From the NCBI GenBank assembly GCA_963815195.1, contig CAWFGE010000023.1, positions 128,001 to 192,000 on the forward strand: 64,000 bases of DNA. The letters are read 5' to 3'. This document shows, piece after piece, positions 32,336 through 42,771 of the stretch (positions are counted from its first letter, which is position 1; every line of letters begins with the position of its first letter). A program made the position numbers and the translations under genes. Origin of the DNA: an uncultured Planctomycetaceae bacterium (GTDB lineage: Bacteria > Planctomycetota > Planctomycetia > Planctomycetales > Planctomycetaceae). The notes under the pieces were generated by a model. It was not told the origin of the DNA and ran no database searches. It was given only the letters and a program-made list of their open reading frames with translations.

Positions 32336-33910
32336 ATGCCGCCCAGGAACCGTAATGAGAATTCCCACCCAACCGACCCCATCCGTCAACACTTGGAGTC
32401 CGCCTTCAAGCTTCCCGCCGCGTCCCCCACGGCCGCGGCGCAACCGGCCAGCCATCCGGTTCCGACCAAGTTAGCCGCCCTTTCGCCTGCGGAACCCGTT
32501 TCCACTCTTTGCGCCATTCCCGCGGAAGACGACGCTTCCAAGCTCAATGCTTTGTTGCGCGAAAAACTGGGCGAGAAAAGCTATCAGCATGCGTTCGCGG
32601 GGAAAACGAACATCCGCTTCGCCGACGATGAGGTCGTCGTCGGCGCGGCCAGTCCGTTTCTGATGTCCTGGATGCAAAAGCAATTCCGCGGCGTGATCGC
32701 CGAGTTGGCCCGCGGAATCGTCGGCCCGTCCGCCCGTGTGCGGTTTGAAGTGGACGGCGAACTCGCGGCGAATCTCAACGCGGAGGAACCGAAGACCCAA
32801 AATGCCGACGATGCGGAATCCCGCGCTCGCGCATCGGCTTCAACGTCCAACGATGAGACCCATCGCCCCGGACGAATGTTTGCCCGCTTGGAGGATTTTG
32901 TCGAAGGCCCCCATGCTTCGCTCGCCATGATGGCGGTCGGAGAAATTTGCCGGGCACCGGGCCAGCAATACAACCCGCTGTATCTCCACGGCGGCGTGGG
33001 CCTGGGCAAGACGCATCTCCTGGAAGGCATCTATCGCAGCATCCGGGCGCGGTATCCCGCGCTCCGGGTGTTGTATCTGACGGCGGAAGCCTTCACGAAC
33101 TACTTCACGGCGGCCCTCCGGGAAAAAACGCTGCCCAGCTTTCGCCAGAGGTTCCGCAGCGTCAATGTGCTGTTGATCGACGACTTGGATTTTCTGGAAT
33201 CCAAGCGAGGCATCCAGGAGGAATTCCTGCATACCTATAAGCAGTTGGAATCGCGCGGCGGGCAGGTCGTGATCACGGCGGACCGGCATCCCCGGCTGAT
33301 GCCGAACCTCAGCGAGGAACTCATGACCCGCTGCCTGTCCGGTCTCGTGTGCCGGTTGGAGCCGCCCGATCAAGACGCCCGCGAAAAAATCGCCGCCGCC
33401 CACGCGGCCCGGCAGAAGATGGAAATCGCCGGCGAGGTGCTGGAGTTTGTGGCCCGGCGGTTTTCGCGGAACGTGCGGGAACTGCAAGGGGCGATTAACA
33501 CGCTGGCGACTTACGGCCGGATGACCAAGCGCCGCGTGAGCCTGTCCGCCGCCCGCAATGTCCTCGCCGACCTGGAACGCGACTGCACCCGCATCGTCCG
33601 CATGGCCGACGTGGAGCAGACGGTCTGCCAGTTCTTCGGGGTGACGCCGGGCGATCTAAAATCCGGAAAACGCATCCGCTCGCTCACGCAGCCGCGGATG
33701 CTTGCGATGTTTCTGATCCGCAAGCACACGCAGGCGGCGTATCAAGAGATCGGCCACTACTTCGGCGGCCGCAACCACGCCACGGTCATCTCGGCCGAGA
33801 AAAAAGTCCTCGGCTGGCTCGCGGAAAAATCCCCCGTCAAAATCGCCGCCAACTCCTGGCCCATCGAGGAGGTCTTGGAAGCCCTCGAACGCCAACTCCA
33901 AGCCGGGTAA
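32336..33910 (+). CDS. dnaA: Chromosomal replication initiator DnaA
   Basis: YNPLYLHGGVGLGKTHLL, LLIDD, QEEFLHT, NVRELQGA, domain IV RMLAMFL...EIGHYFGGRNHATV. Confidence 0.95.
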   Translation: MPPRNRNENSHPTDPIRQHLESAFKLPAASPTAAAQPASHPVPTKLAALSPAEPVSTLCAIPAEDDASKLNALLREKLGEKSYQHAFAGKTNIRFADDEVVVGAASPFLMSWMQKQFRGVIAELARGIVGPSARVRFEVDGELAANLNAEEPKTQNADDAESRARASASTSNDETHRPGRMFARLEDFVEGPHASLAMMAVGEICRAPGQQYNPLYLHGGVGLGKTHLLEGIYRSIRARYPALRVLYLTAEAFTNYFTAALREKTLPSFRQRFRSVNVLLIDDLDFLESKRGIQEEFLHTYKQLESRGGQVVITADRHPRLMPNLSEELMTRCLSGLVCRLEPPDQDAREKIAAAHAARQKMEIAGEVLEFVARRFSRNVRELQGAINTLATYGRMTKRRVSLSAARNVLADLERDCTRIVRMADVEQTVCQFFGVTPGDLKSGKRIRSLTQPRMLAMFLIRKHTQAAYQEIGHYFGGRNHATVISAEKKVLGWLAEKSPVKIAANSWPIEEVLEALERQLQAG

Positions 33911-33930
33911 AGCCGTAACTGAAATACATA

Positions 33931-34113
33931 TTCCACCAAAGCGGCACGGCGCTAGCCGCCGGTGTTCCACCAAAGTGAGCGGCACGGCGCTAGCCGCCGG
34001 TGTTCCACCAAAGTGAGCGGCACGGCGTAGCCGCCGGTGTTCCACCAAAGTGAGCGGCACGGCGCTAGCCGCCGGTGTTCCACCAAAGTGAGCGGCACGG
34101 CGCTAGCCGCCGG
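33931..34113 (+). repeat. Tandem array, 5 copies of a 38-bp unit containing a REP palindrome
   Basis: TTCCACCAAAGTGAGCGGCACGGCGCTAGCCGCCGGTG starting at 33931 (lacks TGAG), 33965, 34003, 34040 and 34078. Confidence 0.95.
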
Positions 34114-34239
34114 CCAGCGGGCGGTCTATTATGGAGGGAACGATTCACGTCCGTTGATGGATCGAGATGATGCCGCCGGCGAACCCGTTCGACGTTCTGG
34201 ATGTTCGGAAAGGCCGGTGCCGATCTTGCGAGGTTTATT

Positions 34240-34938
34240 ATGATGCGGCCCGGCGAACACGGCGATGCGTTTTTTCAATCTCGGCGTTCGGATCACGGGA
34301 ACTCGGCGTCCCCGTCGTGGACGGCGGTGGCCCGGTTTCTAAACGCGGCGGAAGCGGGCTACTTCGCCCACGAACTCAAGCTGCTCGCGAATATCCCCGT
34401 CAATTTGCAGGCGGAAGAGGATTTCGAGGCGGTGTCCGGGCATTGCTCCACGCGGTTTGTGCTGTCGGTCCCGGAGCCGTGGGCGGAACAGGCGGCGCTT
34501 TCGCTTCAGGAACTCGTGCAGCAAACGGACGCCGACGACTCGCTGCCCGAATTGACCGCCCCGTTGGAGCGGGAGGGGTTTTTGGAAGCGGACAGCCAGC
34601 CGTTTGATCCGTTCGTCGAAGACCCGCTGTTCGCGCCGCCCAATCCGGTCAATTGGGTGCCGATCGTGGTGACGCTGGCCGCCGGTTCGATGGCGATTTG
34701 GGGGATCAAGAAACTCTGGGAGCCCGCCCGCCCGCAGCCCGCCGCTCCCGCCAATGCTCCGCGGGAGGTGCTGTGGGATGCGATGCGGACCGGCGGCCGA
34801 AAGTGGGTGCAATCCGATCCCGCGGGCCGGCCCGTTCGCGAATTGGAAATCAACTTTGCCGGCACCGAAGCCACGCTCCGGGAAGACAGCAACGGCGACC
34901 GGGTCTTCGACCGCACGCTGCAACTCAAACGCCGTTGA
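34240..34938 (+). CDS. Hypothetical single-TM protein (DUF2007-like N-domain)
   Basis: VARFLNAAEAGY...L.V...AEQA; TM WVPIVVTLAAGSMAIWG; C-terminal DSNGDRVFD. Confidence 0.7.
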   Translation: MMRPGEHGDAFFQSRRSDHGNSASPSWTAVARFLNAAEAGYFAHELKLLANIPVNLQAEEDFEAVSGHCSTRFVLSVPEPWAEQAALSLQELVQQTDADDSLPELTAPLEREGFLEADSQPFDPFVEDPLFAPPNPVNWVPIVVTLAAGSMAIWGIKKLWEPARPQPAAPANAPREVLWDAMRTGGRKWVQSDPAGRPVRELEINFAGTEATLREDSNGDRVFDRTLQLKRR

Positions 34939-35013
34939 GTGAATGAGCCGGATTCCGCGACTCGGCGACAAAGCCAAGTCCACCGGGAGCATGGGCCTAA
35001 TCGCGGCAGGTTA

Positions 35014-38000
35014 TCATTCGTTTTGGGCGTGCTGGGCGAAGCGGGGGTCTTCGATGCCCAGACGAAGTTTCCATTCCTGCACCGAGCAGTACAGCACCGG
35101 CACGACGAGCATCGTCATGATCTCGATCAGCATGCCGCCGAAGCTGGGAATCGCCATCGGCACCATGATGTCGGAGCCGCGACCGGTCGAAGTGAGGACG
35201 GGAATCAAAGCGAGGATCGTGGTCGCGGTGGTCATCAAGCACGGCCGAACCCGGCGTAAGCCCGCGGCCAAGGTGGCGGCCCGGGCCTCGGCGGGGGTGG
35301 TGATTCTGCGGCGGAAGAAGCTTTGATCCAGATAGGTCGCGATCACCACGCCGTCGTCGGTCGCGATGCCGAACAGCGCAAGGAAACCCACCCACACCGC
35401 CACGCTGAGGTTGATGGGATGAATCTGAAACAGCGATTGGATATTCGTCCCGAACACGCTGAAGTCCAAGAACCAAGGCTGCCCGTAAAGCCACAGCAGA
35501 AGAAACCCGCCGGCCCAGGCAATCGCGATGCCGGTAAACACCAGCGAAGATGTGATGACTGAGCGGAACTGGAAGTACAGGATCATAAAGATGATGAACA
35601 GCGCGAGGGGCAATACGACCATCAGAGTTTTCTGCGAGCGGATCTGGTTTTCGTAGTTGCCGGCGAAACTGTAGCTCACGCCCGCCGGCAGGAGGAACTC
35701 GCCGCTGTCGATTTTTTCCTGGAGATACCTCTGGGCGTCTTCGACCACATTGACTTCCGCCTCGCCGGGCTTCATGTCGAACAGCACGTAGCCGACCAGA
35801 AACGTGTCTTCGCTTTTGATGACCTGGGGCCCTCGGACGTATTTGATCTCGGCCACCTGGGCGAGCGGGATGTGCGAACCGTCCTTGGCCGGCACGAGGA
35901 TCTTGCCCAGTTCTTCGATCTCGTCCCGCAGTTCGCGCATGTAGCGGACGCGGACGGCGAAGCGCTCCCGGCCTTCGACGGTCGTGGTGATCGGCATGCC
36001 GCCGATGGCGACTTCGACCACATCCTGCACATCCTGAATGTTGAGGCCGTAGCGGGCGATCTTCTTGCGGTCGAAGTCGATGTTCAAATAAGGCTTGCCC
36101 ACGATGCGGTCGGCAATCACGGCGGAAGCCTCGACGCTGGACACTTCTTTCAAGAAGCGTTCGATGTCGAGAGCCGCCTTCTCGATCGATTCGAGATCGG
36201 GGCCTTTGACTTTGACGCCCATCGGAGCCCGCATGCCGCTTTGCAGCATCACGATCCGGGCGGCGATCGGTTGGAGTTTCGGCGCGGAAGTCGTGCCGGG
36301 CACCTGGGCGGCCTCGACGATCTCGTGCCAGATGTCATCGGGTGTCCGAATTCCCGCCCAAGCCTGGCGGCCCGGATTGAGGGCCGGATCGAGCGCGGCC
36401 CGCCATTGACGGAACGGCACGCCGGCCGGGTCTTCGATCAACTTGCCGTCTTTCGTGCGGGCGAACACCCCTTGAACTTTGTAGGGCTTGCCGTCGCCTG
36501 AGGGCAGGGGCATGCCCGAGGCATCGCGGAAGAAATCCACCGCGTCGGGATCGAACCGAAAATCGATCCGGTGCCCGGCCTTATTCACCACATATTCCGA
36601 CCTGTAGTTGATGATCGTCTCGATCATGGAGACGGGAGCGGGATCGAGGGGGCTTTTCACCCGGCCGAGTTTCCCCACCGCGAGTTCCACTTCAGGGATC
36701 TCGCTGATCCGCCGGTCCTGCAGTTGAATGACGTCCAAAGCTTCGCCGATCGAAGCATGGGGCATCGTGGAAGGCATGTAGAGATAGGACCCCTCATCCA
36801 ACGGCGGCATGAACTCTTTCCCGAACCCGTCCCAGCTCTGGGCGAGCATCCACTGGAGTTTCGTCCCGGCCGGACGGTCCGCGATTTCGGTCTTCCATGA
36901 TTTGGAGCGAACGCCGGCCAGTTCGTATTTGAACTTTTCCCGCAGTGGGAGATCCGCGAGATCTTCGTCCGAAAGCTTTTGTGTTTCGTACTCTTTCGGA
37001 ATCGGGCCGAGAAAAGTCCCCGGTCCCAGCCAGGCTCCAAAGCCCAATAGCATCACCGCGAGAGGCAGGCTCAGAAACAGCAGTTTGTTATCGAGCGCCC
37101 AGCGGAGCATCGGCCGATAAAGGTATTTCTGAAAAACTTGGAAAAACGCGAGCAATCCGCCGATGACGACCGCCACGAACAGGATGTTATGAAACAGCCC
37201 TCGTTCCGGTCCCAAAGGCAGCCAATCCTTCGTGAGCAACACGCCCACCAACAGCACCGCCGCCCCGGTGGCCAGGTACAAGCCCGCGGCGTGCGTTCGG
37301 CTCCGCCAATGTTCCCACTCCTCCGGCAGGGACTCGGCGAGCAGCTTGAACGCCCCCAAGGTGCCGATGATCGCCCCGGCCCACCACGCCAACCAAATCC
37401 CGATCCCAATCCCCGCGATAACCAGGCTGCCGTAAAACATCTGCTTGAGAAACCGGCTGTTGATGCGCGTGGCAAAGAAAATGTGGGCCATCGGCGGGAT
37501 GATCGTCAAAGCCACGATGACCGCGGACGCCAGCGCGAAGGTCTTCGTGAAGGCCAGGGGTTTGAACAGTTTGCCCTCCGCCCCGATCATGGTAAACACC
37601 GGCAGAAAGCTGACGATGGTCGTCGAGACGGCCGTCACCACCGCGCTGCCCACTTCGCTCGACGCCCGATAGACGACCTCCAAGCGGTTTTCGTTCGGGT
37701 CGGCTTCGTCGAGATGCTTGAGGATGTTCTCGCAAAGGATGATCCCCATGTCGACCATCGTGCCGATGGCGATGGCGATCCCCGAGAGCGCCACGATGTT
37801 CGCATTGAAAAACTGAGCGGTCCCGGTCGCTCCGAGCTTGTTGGCGAGCCAGGCGCTGGTGGACATGGCGATAAAGCACATCAAGACCGCCAGCGGCAAC
37901 AGGGCGCTGATCAGCATGGAACTCCGCAGATGCATCACCATCACCAGAATCACGATGACCGTCACCAGGATTTCTTCGACGAGCGCCTGGTTCAGCGTGC

Positions 38001-39222
38001 CCAAGGTTTCATAAATCAGCCCCGTGCGGTCGTAAAACGGCACGACCGTGACGTGGCTGGTCGTGACCCAAGGCGGCCATTGGCTCCGCGGCGTCGCGCG
38101 GAGATGCTTGACCCACGCCTCGTGGTTCAAGAGACCATCCGCGGCGAAGGCGCCAAAGTTGTTCGCCTCGGCATAGGCGGCGACGTTCGCCCCCGTGGTT
38201 TTGCCGTAGTCCACGACCGCCTTGGTCGGCAGGCCCTTTTCGAACTCTTGGATTTGCTTTTTAAGGTTCTTGATGGCTTCGAGCGGATTAAAACCATACC
38301 GCACCACCGCCACGCCGCCGACCACCTCAGCCCCGCCTTTGTCCAACGCTCCGCGGCGGAGGGCCGGGCCAAGCGAGACGTGCGCGACATCCTTCACATA
38401 GATCGGCACGTTGTCGTTGACCGCGACGACGCTGTATTCCAGGTCCTCCACATTTTTGACGAAGCCCAAGCCGCGGATGAAATACTCGGCCTTGTTAATC
38501 TCGATGGTGCGCGCGCCCACGTCGATATTGGAGCGTTTCACGGCCGTGAAGATCTGGTCGATGTTCACGCGGGCGGCCCGCATGGCGTCGGGATCGACGT
38601 CGATCTGGTATTCCTGCACGAAGCCGCCGACCGAGGCGACCTCGCTGATGCCTTTTGCCGAGAGCAAGTTGTAGCGGACGTACCAATCCTGAATGGTCCG
38701 CAGTTCGTTCAGATCCCAGCCGCCTGCGGGTTTGCCCTCGGGATCCCGGCCTTCGAGGGTGTACCAATAGACTTGGCCCAAGGGCGTTGCATCGGGACCG
38801 AGCGCGGGCTGCACGCCGTCCGGCAGAGTTCCCGAAGGCAGGCTGTTGAGCTTTTCCAGAACGCGTGTCCGCGACCAGTAGAACTCCACATCCTCATCGA
38901 AAATCACATAGATGCTGGAAAAGCCGAAGAACGAATAGCTGCGAATCGTCTTCACGCCGGGCACGCCCAACAGCGCGACCGTCAGCGGATAGCTGATCTG
39001 GTCCTCCACATCCTCAGGCGACCGGCCCATCCATTCGGTGAAGATGATTTGCTGGTTCTCGCCGATGTCCGGGATGGCATCAGTGGGCACGGGATGCCTC
39101 GGCAAGGGTCCCAAATCCCAATCAAACGGCGCAACCATCATCCCCCAACCCACGACGAGCAGGACGATCAGCCCGACGACCAGCTTGTTCTCCAGACAGA
39201 AGCGAATCGTTTTATCGATCAT
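35014..39222 (-). CDS. cusA: CusA/CzcA-family heavy-metal efflux RND permease
   Basis: DAIPDIGENQ, LGPDAT.LGQ, GIAIAIGTMVD, FMPPLDEG, DPAPVSMIET, FGIATDDGV, RVRPCLMT. Confidence 0.93.
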   Translation of the reverse strand: MIDKTIRFCLENKLVVGLIVLLVVGWGMMVAPFDWDLGPLPRHPVPTDAIPDIGENQQIIFTEWMGRSPEDVEDQISYPLTVALLGVPGVKTIRSYSFFGFSSIYVIFDEDVEFYWSRTRVLEKLNSLPSGTLPDGVQPALGPDATPLGQVYWYTLEGRDPEGKPAGGWDLNELRTIQDWYVRYNLLSAKGISEVASVGGFVQEYQIDVDPDAMRAARVNIDQIFTAVKRSNIDVGARTIEINKAEYFIRGLGFVKNVEDLEYSVVAVNDNVPIYVKDVAHVSLGPALRRGALDKGGAEVVGGVAVVRYGFNPLEAIKNLKKQIQEFEKGLPTKAVVDYGKTTGANVAAYAEANNFGAFAADGLLNHEAWVKHLRATPRSQWPPWVTTSHVTVVPFYDRTGLIYETLGTLNQALVEEILVTVIVILVMVMHLRSSMLISALLPLAVLMCFIAMSTSAWLANKLGATGTAQFFNANIVALSGIAIAIGTMVDMGIILCENILKHLDEADPNENRLEVVYRASSEVGSAVVTAVSTTIVSFLPVFTMIGAEGKLFKPLAFTKTFALASAVIVALTIIPPMAHIFFATRINSRFLKQMFYGSLVIAGIGIGIWLAWWAGAIIGTLGAFKLLAESLPEEWEHWRSRTHAAGLYLATGAAVLLVGVLLTKDWLPLGPERGLFHNILFVAVVIGGLLAFFQVFQKYLYRPMLRWALDNKLLFLSLPLAVMLLGFGAWLGPGTFLGPIPKEYETQKLSDEDLADLPLREKFKYELAGVRSKSWKTEIADRPAGTKLQWMLAQSWDGFGKEFMPPLDEGSYLYMPSTMPHASIGEALDVIQLQDRRISEIPEVELAVGKLGRVKSPLDPAPVSMIETIINYRSEYVVNKAGHRIDFRFDPDAVDFFRDASGMPLPSGDGKPYKVQGVFARTKDGKLIEDPAGVPFRQWRAALDPALNPGRQAWAGIRTPDDIWHEIVEAAQVPGTTSAPKLQPIAARIVMLQSGMRAPMGVKVKGPDLESIEKAALDIERFLKEVSSVEASAVIADRIVGKPYLNIDFDRKKIARYGLNIQDVQDVVEVAIGGMPITTTVEGRERFAVRVRYMRELRDEIEELGKILVPAKDGSHIPLAQVAEIKYVRGPQVIKSEDTFLVGYVLFDMKPGEAEVNVVEDAQRYLQEKIDSGEFLLPAGVSYSFAGNYENQIRSQKTLMVVLPLALFIIFMILYFQFRSVITSSLVFTGIAIAWAGGFLLLWLYGQPWFLDFSVFGTNIQSLFQIHPINLSVAVWVGFLALFGIATDDGVVIATYLDQSFFRRRITTPAEARAATLAAGLRRVRPCLMTTATTILALIPVLTSTGRGSDIMVPMAIPSFGGMLIEIMTMLVVPVLYCSVQEWKLRLGIEDPRFAQHAQNE

Positions 39223-39479
39223 TGACAATCTCAAACTTGGCGATGATCTTGCGATCAAAAGCGCGAGAATTCTTTAGCCAAAGTTCATCTGCGGTCGAAC
39301 CGGAAGATTAGGGGGTTTTCCGGATCGCTCCCCGATGCAATAATTGACAGATGTGCCATCAACCGAATTCTAACAGGAACCCGCTTCGAGATAAGGTGTA
39401 AGGCGCGAATGAAACGGAAAACATCCTCTCCCGGAATCTCAATTCAGCGATTTTCCCAGTCCGCGAGCCTGCGTGTCGT

Positions 39480-42143
39480 ATGAAAAACCCGCTTCCCATC
39501 CAATGGTGCAAAAACCTGTATCGGAACCATCGAGTTCTGATTCTTATGGGCCAGGCGCTCGTATTTGTCGGCGTGGGCTACTTGGTGGCCTCGGGTTTCC
39601 AGAAGTCCGCCGACCTGCCGCCGGCCGAGAATCAGGAAACGGCAACCGCCGAAGCCGAGGAAGGGCCCAATCTCTGGACGTGCTCGATGCACCCGCAGAT
39701 TCGCCAGTCGCATCCCGGCAAGTGTCCGATCTGCGGAATGGATTTGATTCCCGTCGCCACGCAAGCGGGGGGACTTCGGACGTTGACCGTCAGCCCTGAA
39801 ACGCGGGCCTTGATGAGCATCGCCTCGACGCCCGTCCTTCGCAAATATGTCACGCACGAAATTCCGATGGTCGGCAAGGTGGACTATGACGAAACGAAGA
39901 TCGGCTACATCACCGCCTGGGTGCCGGGGCGGTTGGATCGGTTGTACGTCGATTACACGGGCGTCGAAGTCAAAGAGGGCGACCACATGGTTTATATCTA
40001 TAGCCCGGAATTGTACTCGGGCCAGGAGGAATTGATTCAGGCCCTCAAACACCGCCGGGAACGGCCGGCCAACCCAAGCACCAAACTCATCCAGCCCATC
40101 GACCTCGTCGAAGCGGCCCGCGAAAAACTCCGGCTGTTAGGCCTCACCGAATCGCAAATCAAAGACATCGAAAAACAAACCACGCCCAGCGACCACCTCA
40201 CGATTTTTGCCAAAGTCAGCGGGATCGTCATCGACAAGCTGAAGCAGGAAGGCGATTACGTCAAGACCGGCGAGCGAGTCTACACGATCGCCGACTTGAA
40301 CCAGGTCTGGGTGCATCTGGACGCCTACGAAACGGACCTGCCTTGGGTTCGCTACGGCCAGGATGTGACGATCACCACGGAAGCCTATCCGGGCGAGACC
40401 TTTCATGGGCGGATTGCGTTTATCCAGCCCGTGCTCAACGACCGCACGCGAACGGTCAAAGTCCGCGTGAACGTGCCCAACGCCGACGGCAAACTCAAGC
40501 CCGAAATGTTCGTGCGCGCCACCGTCGAGCCGCAGGTTGCGGCGGGGGGGCGGGTGATGGATCCCAGTCTCGCCGGCAAATGGATCAGCCCGATGCACCC
40601 GGAGATCATCAAGGACCACCCCGGCAAATGCGACATCTGCGGCATGCCGCTGGTGCGGGCGGAATCGCTGGGCTACGTTACGCCGACGACCGACGAGAAA
40701 CAAGCCCCGCTGGTCATTCCCTATTCCGCGGCTCTCGTCACAGGCCGGCGGGCGGTTGTGTATGTCGAACTTCCGACGATGCCGATGGGCGTGGAGACCG
40801 GGTTCCAGGGCCTTGCCGGGGCTGTGGAGACCGGCGACGTGCAGCAGATTCGCAAGACCTTCGCCGTGTTCAGCAATGTGCTCGATCGGCCGTACGATCG
40901 CCAAGGGACCGATTACGCCCGCAACCTCTGGAACGGCTTTGCGGACCGGCTGGCAAAACTGTCCCTGGAAGGCGAACGGATTTCGACAAAAGAAGCCGCG
41001 GGCGACGTGCTCACGCGGTTGGAAACCTTGATGAGCGAACTTCGCGAGGAGTTTTCGCCCGTCGGCCAGCCGACCTTTGAAGGCCGGGAAATCGTGCTCG
41101 GTCCGCGGGCGGGACGTTTTTATCTGGTGAAGCACGGTTTGGTGGAAGGCGAACTGGTCGTCACCAGCGGGAACTTCAAAATCGACGCCGAGATTCAAAT
41201 CCAGGCCAAGCCCAGCATGATGACCCCGGAAGGCGGAGGAGGCGGCGGCCACCATCACGGCGGCGAAAGCCTGAAAAAAACCGGCAGCGAAGACCACGCC
41301 GGCCACAAGATGGCTTTGCCGGCCGCCTTCAACAACCAACTCCACAACTTGGAAGCCGCTTATGAAAAGATCGCCGCGGCCGTCGGGCAGAAGGAATTGG
41401 GTCGGATCACCGCCGGCTTTCAAAACTTCGGTCGGATTTTGAATGGCGTCGATCCGTCGCCGTTGACCGGGCATCCGCGGATGTTGTGGAAAGAGTTTTC
41501 CATGCTCTTGGGCAACGATGCCGCGGAAGGCGGGGACGTGGAGCAAGCGGCCGACGCCGACCGCGTGTTTCTATTGCTCAAGTCCCACATGCGGCGGATG
41601 CGCGAGCAATTGGGCTTTCGGCAAGACCACCCGCGGCCGATTGAACACCTTTCCGTGCCCGCGGAATTTCAAGCCGAGTTGGCCGGCGTCTGGGAAAGCT
41701 ACCTGGCGATCCAAAAGGAACTCGCCGCTGATCGGTTCGCCGGGGCCAAAGGAGCGATTCCCGGTTTCGAGTCCGCGGTCGCCACCGTCGATGACAGCTC
41801 CATCGACGAGCGAGCGCTTGACGTGTGGAAACGAGAGAAAGCCAACCTGGAAAACCTGACCGCCGCATTGAAGAAGACGAGCGACATCAATGGCCTGCGG
41901 AGCGAGTTCAAACCGCTCTCGGAAGAGATCGGCGTGTTGGCGCGGTCCTTCGGCTTCGGCGAAGTCCAATCGATTTACGAGCTGCACTGTCCGATGGCGT
42001 TTCAAAACAAAGGTGCAATCTGGTACCAAAATAGCGAACAAGTGCAGAACCCCTACTTCGGCTCGTCCATGTTCAAATGCGCGGATCGCGTGCAAAAAAT
42101 CACCCGCAGCCACGACGAAGGGTCCGACTCAAAGGAACATTAG
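39480..42143 (+). CDS. cusB: CusB-like RND periplasmic adaptor with heavy-metal-binding and DUF3347-like domains
   Basis: WTCSMHPQI...GKCPICGMDL, IYSPEL, TRTVKVR..N..GKLKPEMF, SPMHPEI...CDICGM, HCPMAF..KGA.W...NPYFG. Confidence 0.9.
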   Translation: MKNPLPIQWCKNLYRNHRVLILMGQALVFVGVGYLVASGFQKSADLPPAENQETATAEAEEGPNLWTCSMHPQIRQSHPGKCPICGMDLIPVATQAGGLRTLTVSPETRALMSIASTPVLRKYVTHEIPMVGKVDYDETKIGYITAWVPGRLDRLYVDYTGVEVKEGDHMVYIYSPELYSGQEELIQALKHRRERPANPSTKLIQPIDLVEAAREKLRLLGLTESQIKDIEKQTTPSDHLTIFAKVSGIVIDKLKQEGDYVKTGERVYTIADLNQVWVHLDAYETDLPWVRYGQDVTITTEAYPGETFHGRIAFIQPVLNDRTRTVKVRVNVPNADGKLKPEMFVRATVEPQVAAGGRVMDPSLAGKWISPMHPEIIKDHPGKCDICGMPLVRAESLGYVTPTTDEKQAPLVIPYSAALVTGRRAVVYVELPTMPMGVETGFQGLAGAVETGDVQQIRKTFAVFSNVLDRPYDRQGTDYARNLWNGFADRLAKLSLEGERISTKEAAGDVLTRLETLMSELREEFSPVGQPTFEGREIVLGPRAGRFYLVKHGLVEGELVVTSGNFKIDAEIQIQAKPSMMTPEGGGGGGHHHGGESLKKTGSEDHAGHKMALPAAFNNQLHNLEAAYEKIAAAVGQKELGRITAGFQNFGRILNGVDPSPLTGHPRMLWKEFSMLLGNDAAEGGDVEQAADADRVFLLLKSHMRRMREQLGFRQDHPRPIEHLSVPAEFQAELAGVWESYLAIQKELAADRFAGAKGAIPGFESAVATVDDSSIDERALDVWKREKANLENLTAALKKTSDINGLRSEFKPLSEEIGVLARSFGFGEVQSIYELHCPMAFQNKGAIWYQNSEQVQNPYFGSSMFKCADRVQKITRSHDEGSDSKEH

Positions 42144-42329
42144 CCCGCCGGAAGCCGCGAAGGGATTTGCCACAACAGCCGCAGGCCCGGTGGTGCCGGA
42201 GGGGGGCTTCCGCCTTGTCCCGATCGTCCTTGAGGGCACCGTTGGCCTCCCCCTGAGCCGCCCGCCGTCTCATGTTCAGGAATTTCTCGCTCAGTTTTAA
42301 GAAAAACCGATTCCTGTCGGCGCTGTGCT

Positions 42330-42358
42330 TTGACATCGGCAAAGCGGAAGACTAGAGT
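42330..42358 (+). promoter_or_regulatory. Sigma70-like promoter of the atp operon
   Basis: TTGACA-N17-TAGAGT about 95 bp upstream of the first atp gene. Confidence 0.6.
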
Positions 42359-42453
42359 GACCGCGTTAAGAGAGAACAAACGCAATCCGCACTCCATAAA
42401 TCCCGTCCGGTGCCGCACTTTCCGCCCATTTTGGGGGCGAATGGTGGTGTCGC

Positions 42454-42750
42454 ATGACCCATTCCGAGGATTCCCCGCAGCCTCATTCAAAGGGAGACCG
42501 GGGGCCGGAAAGCAATCCCCTCGCGTTTGCTTTCGGGTGGGTGGGTCGAATGACCACCGTTGTCCTGGAAATGATCCTGCCGGGGTTGGGCGGCCATTGG
42601 CTGGATGCCCGCTGGGAAACCCATTACTGGGCGCTCTTGGGGTTTGGGTTGGGTTTTGGGGTGGGACTGTTTCATTTGCTGCAAATGCTCAAGCAAAACG
42701 GACCTTCCCCTCCGCCAAGCGACAGTGAACAACCAACGAAAAATCCATAA
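42454..42750 (+). CDS. AtpZ/AtpI family protein
   Basis: EMILPGLGGHWLD..W 2-TM motif; first gene of the atp operon. Confidence 0.8.
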   Translation: MTHSEDSPQPHSKGDRGPESNPLAFAFGWVGRMTTVVLEMILPGLGGHWLDARWETHYWALLGFGLGFGVGLFHLLQMLKQNGPSPPPSDSEQPTKNP

Positions 42751-42771
42751 CCCATCGACCCCCTTTTCTCA

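Noticed and set aside
33931..34113. CRISPR array
   Set aside because: Units are contiguous and near-identical with no unique spacers; no cas genes in the window
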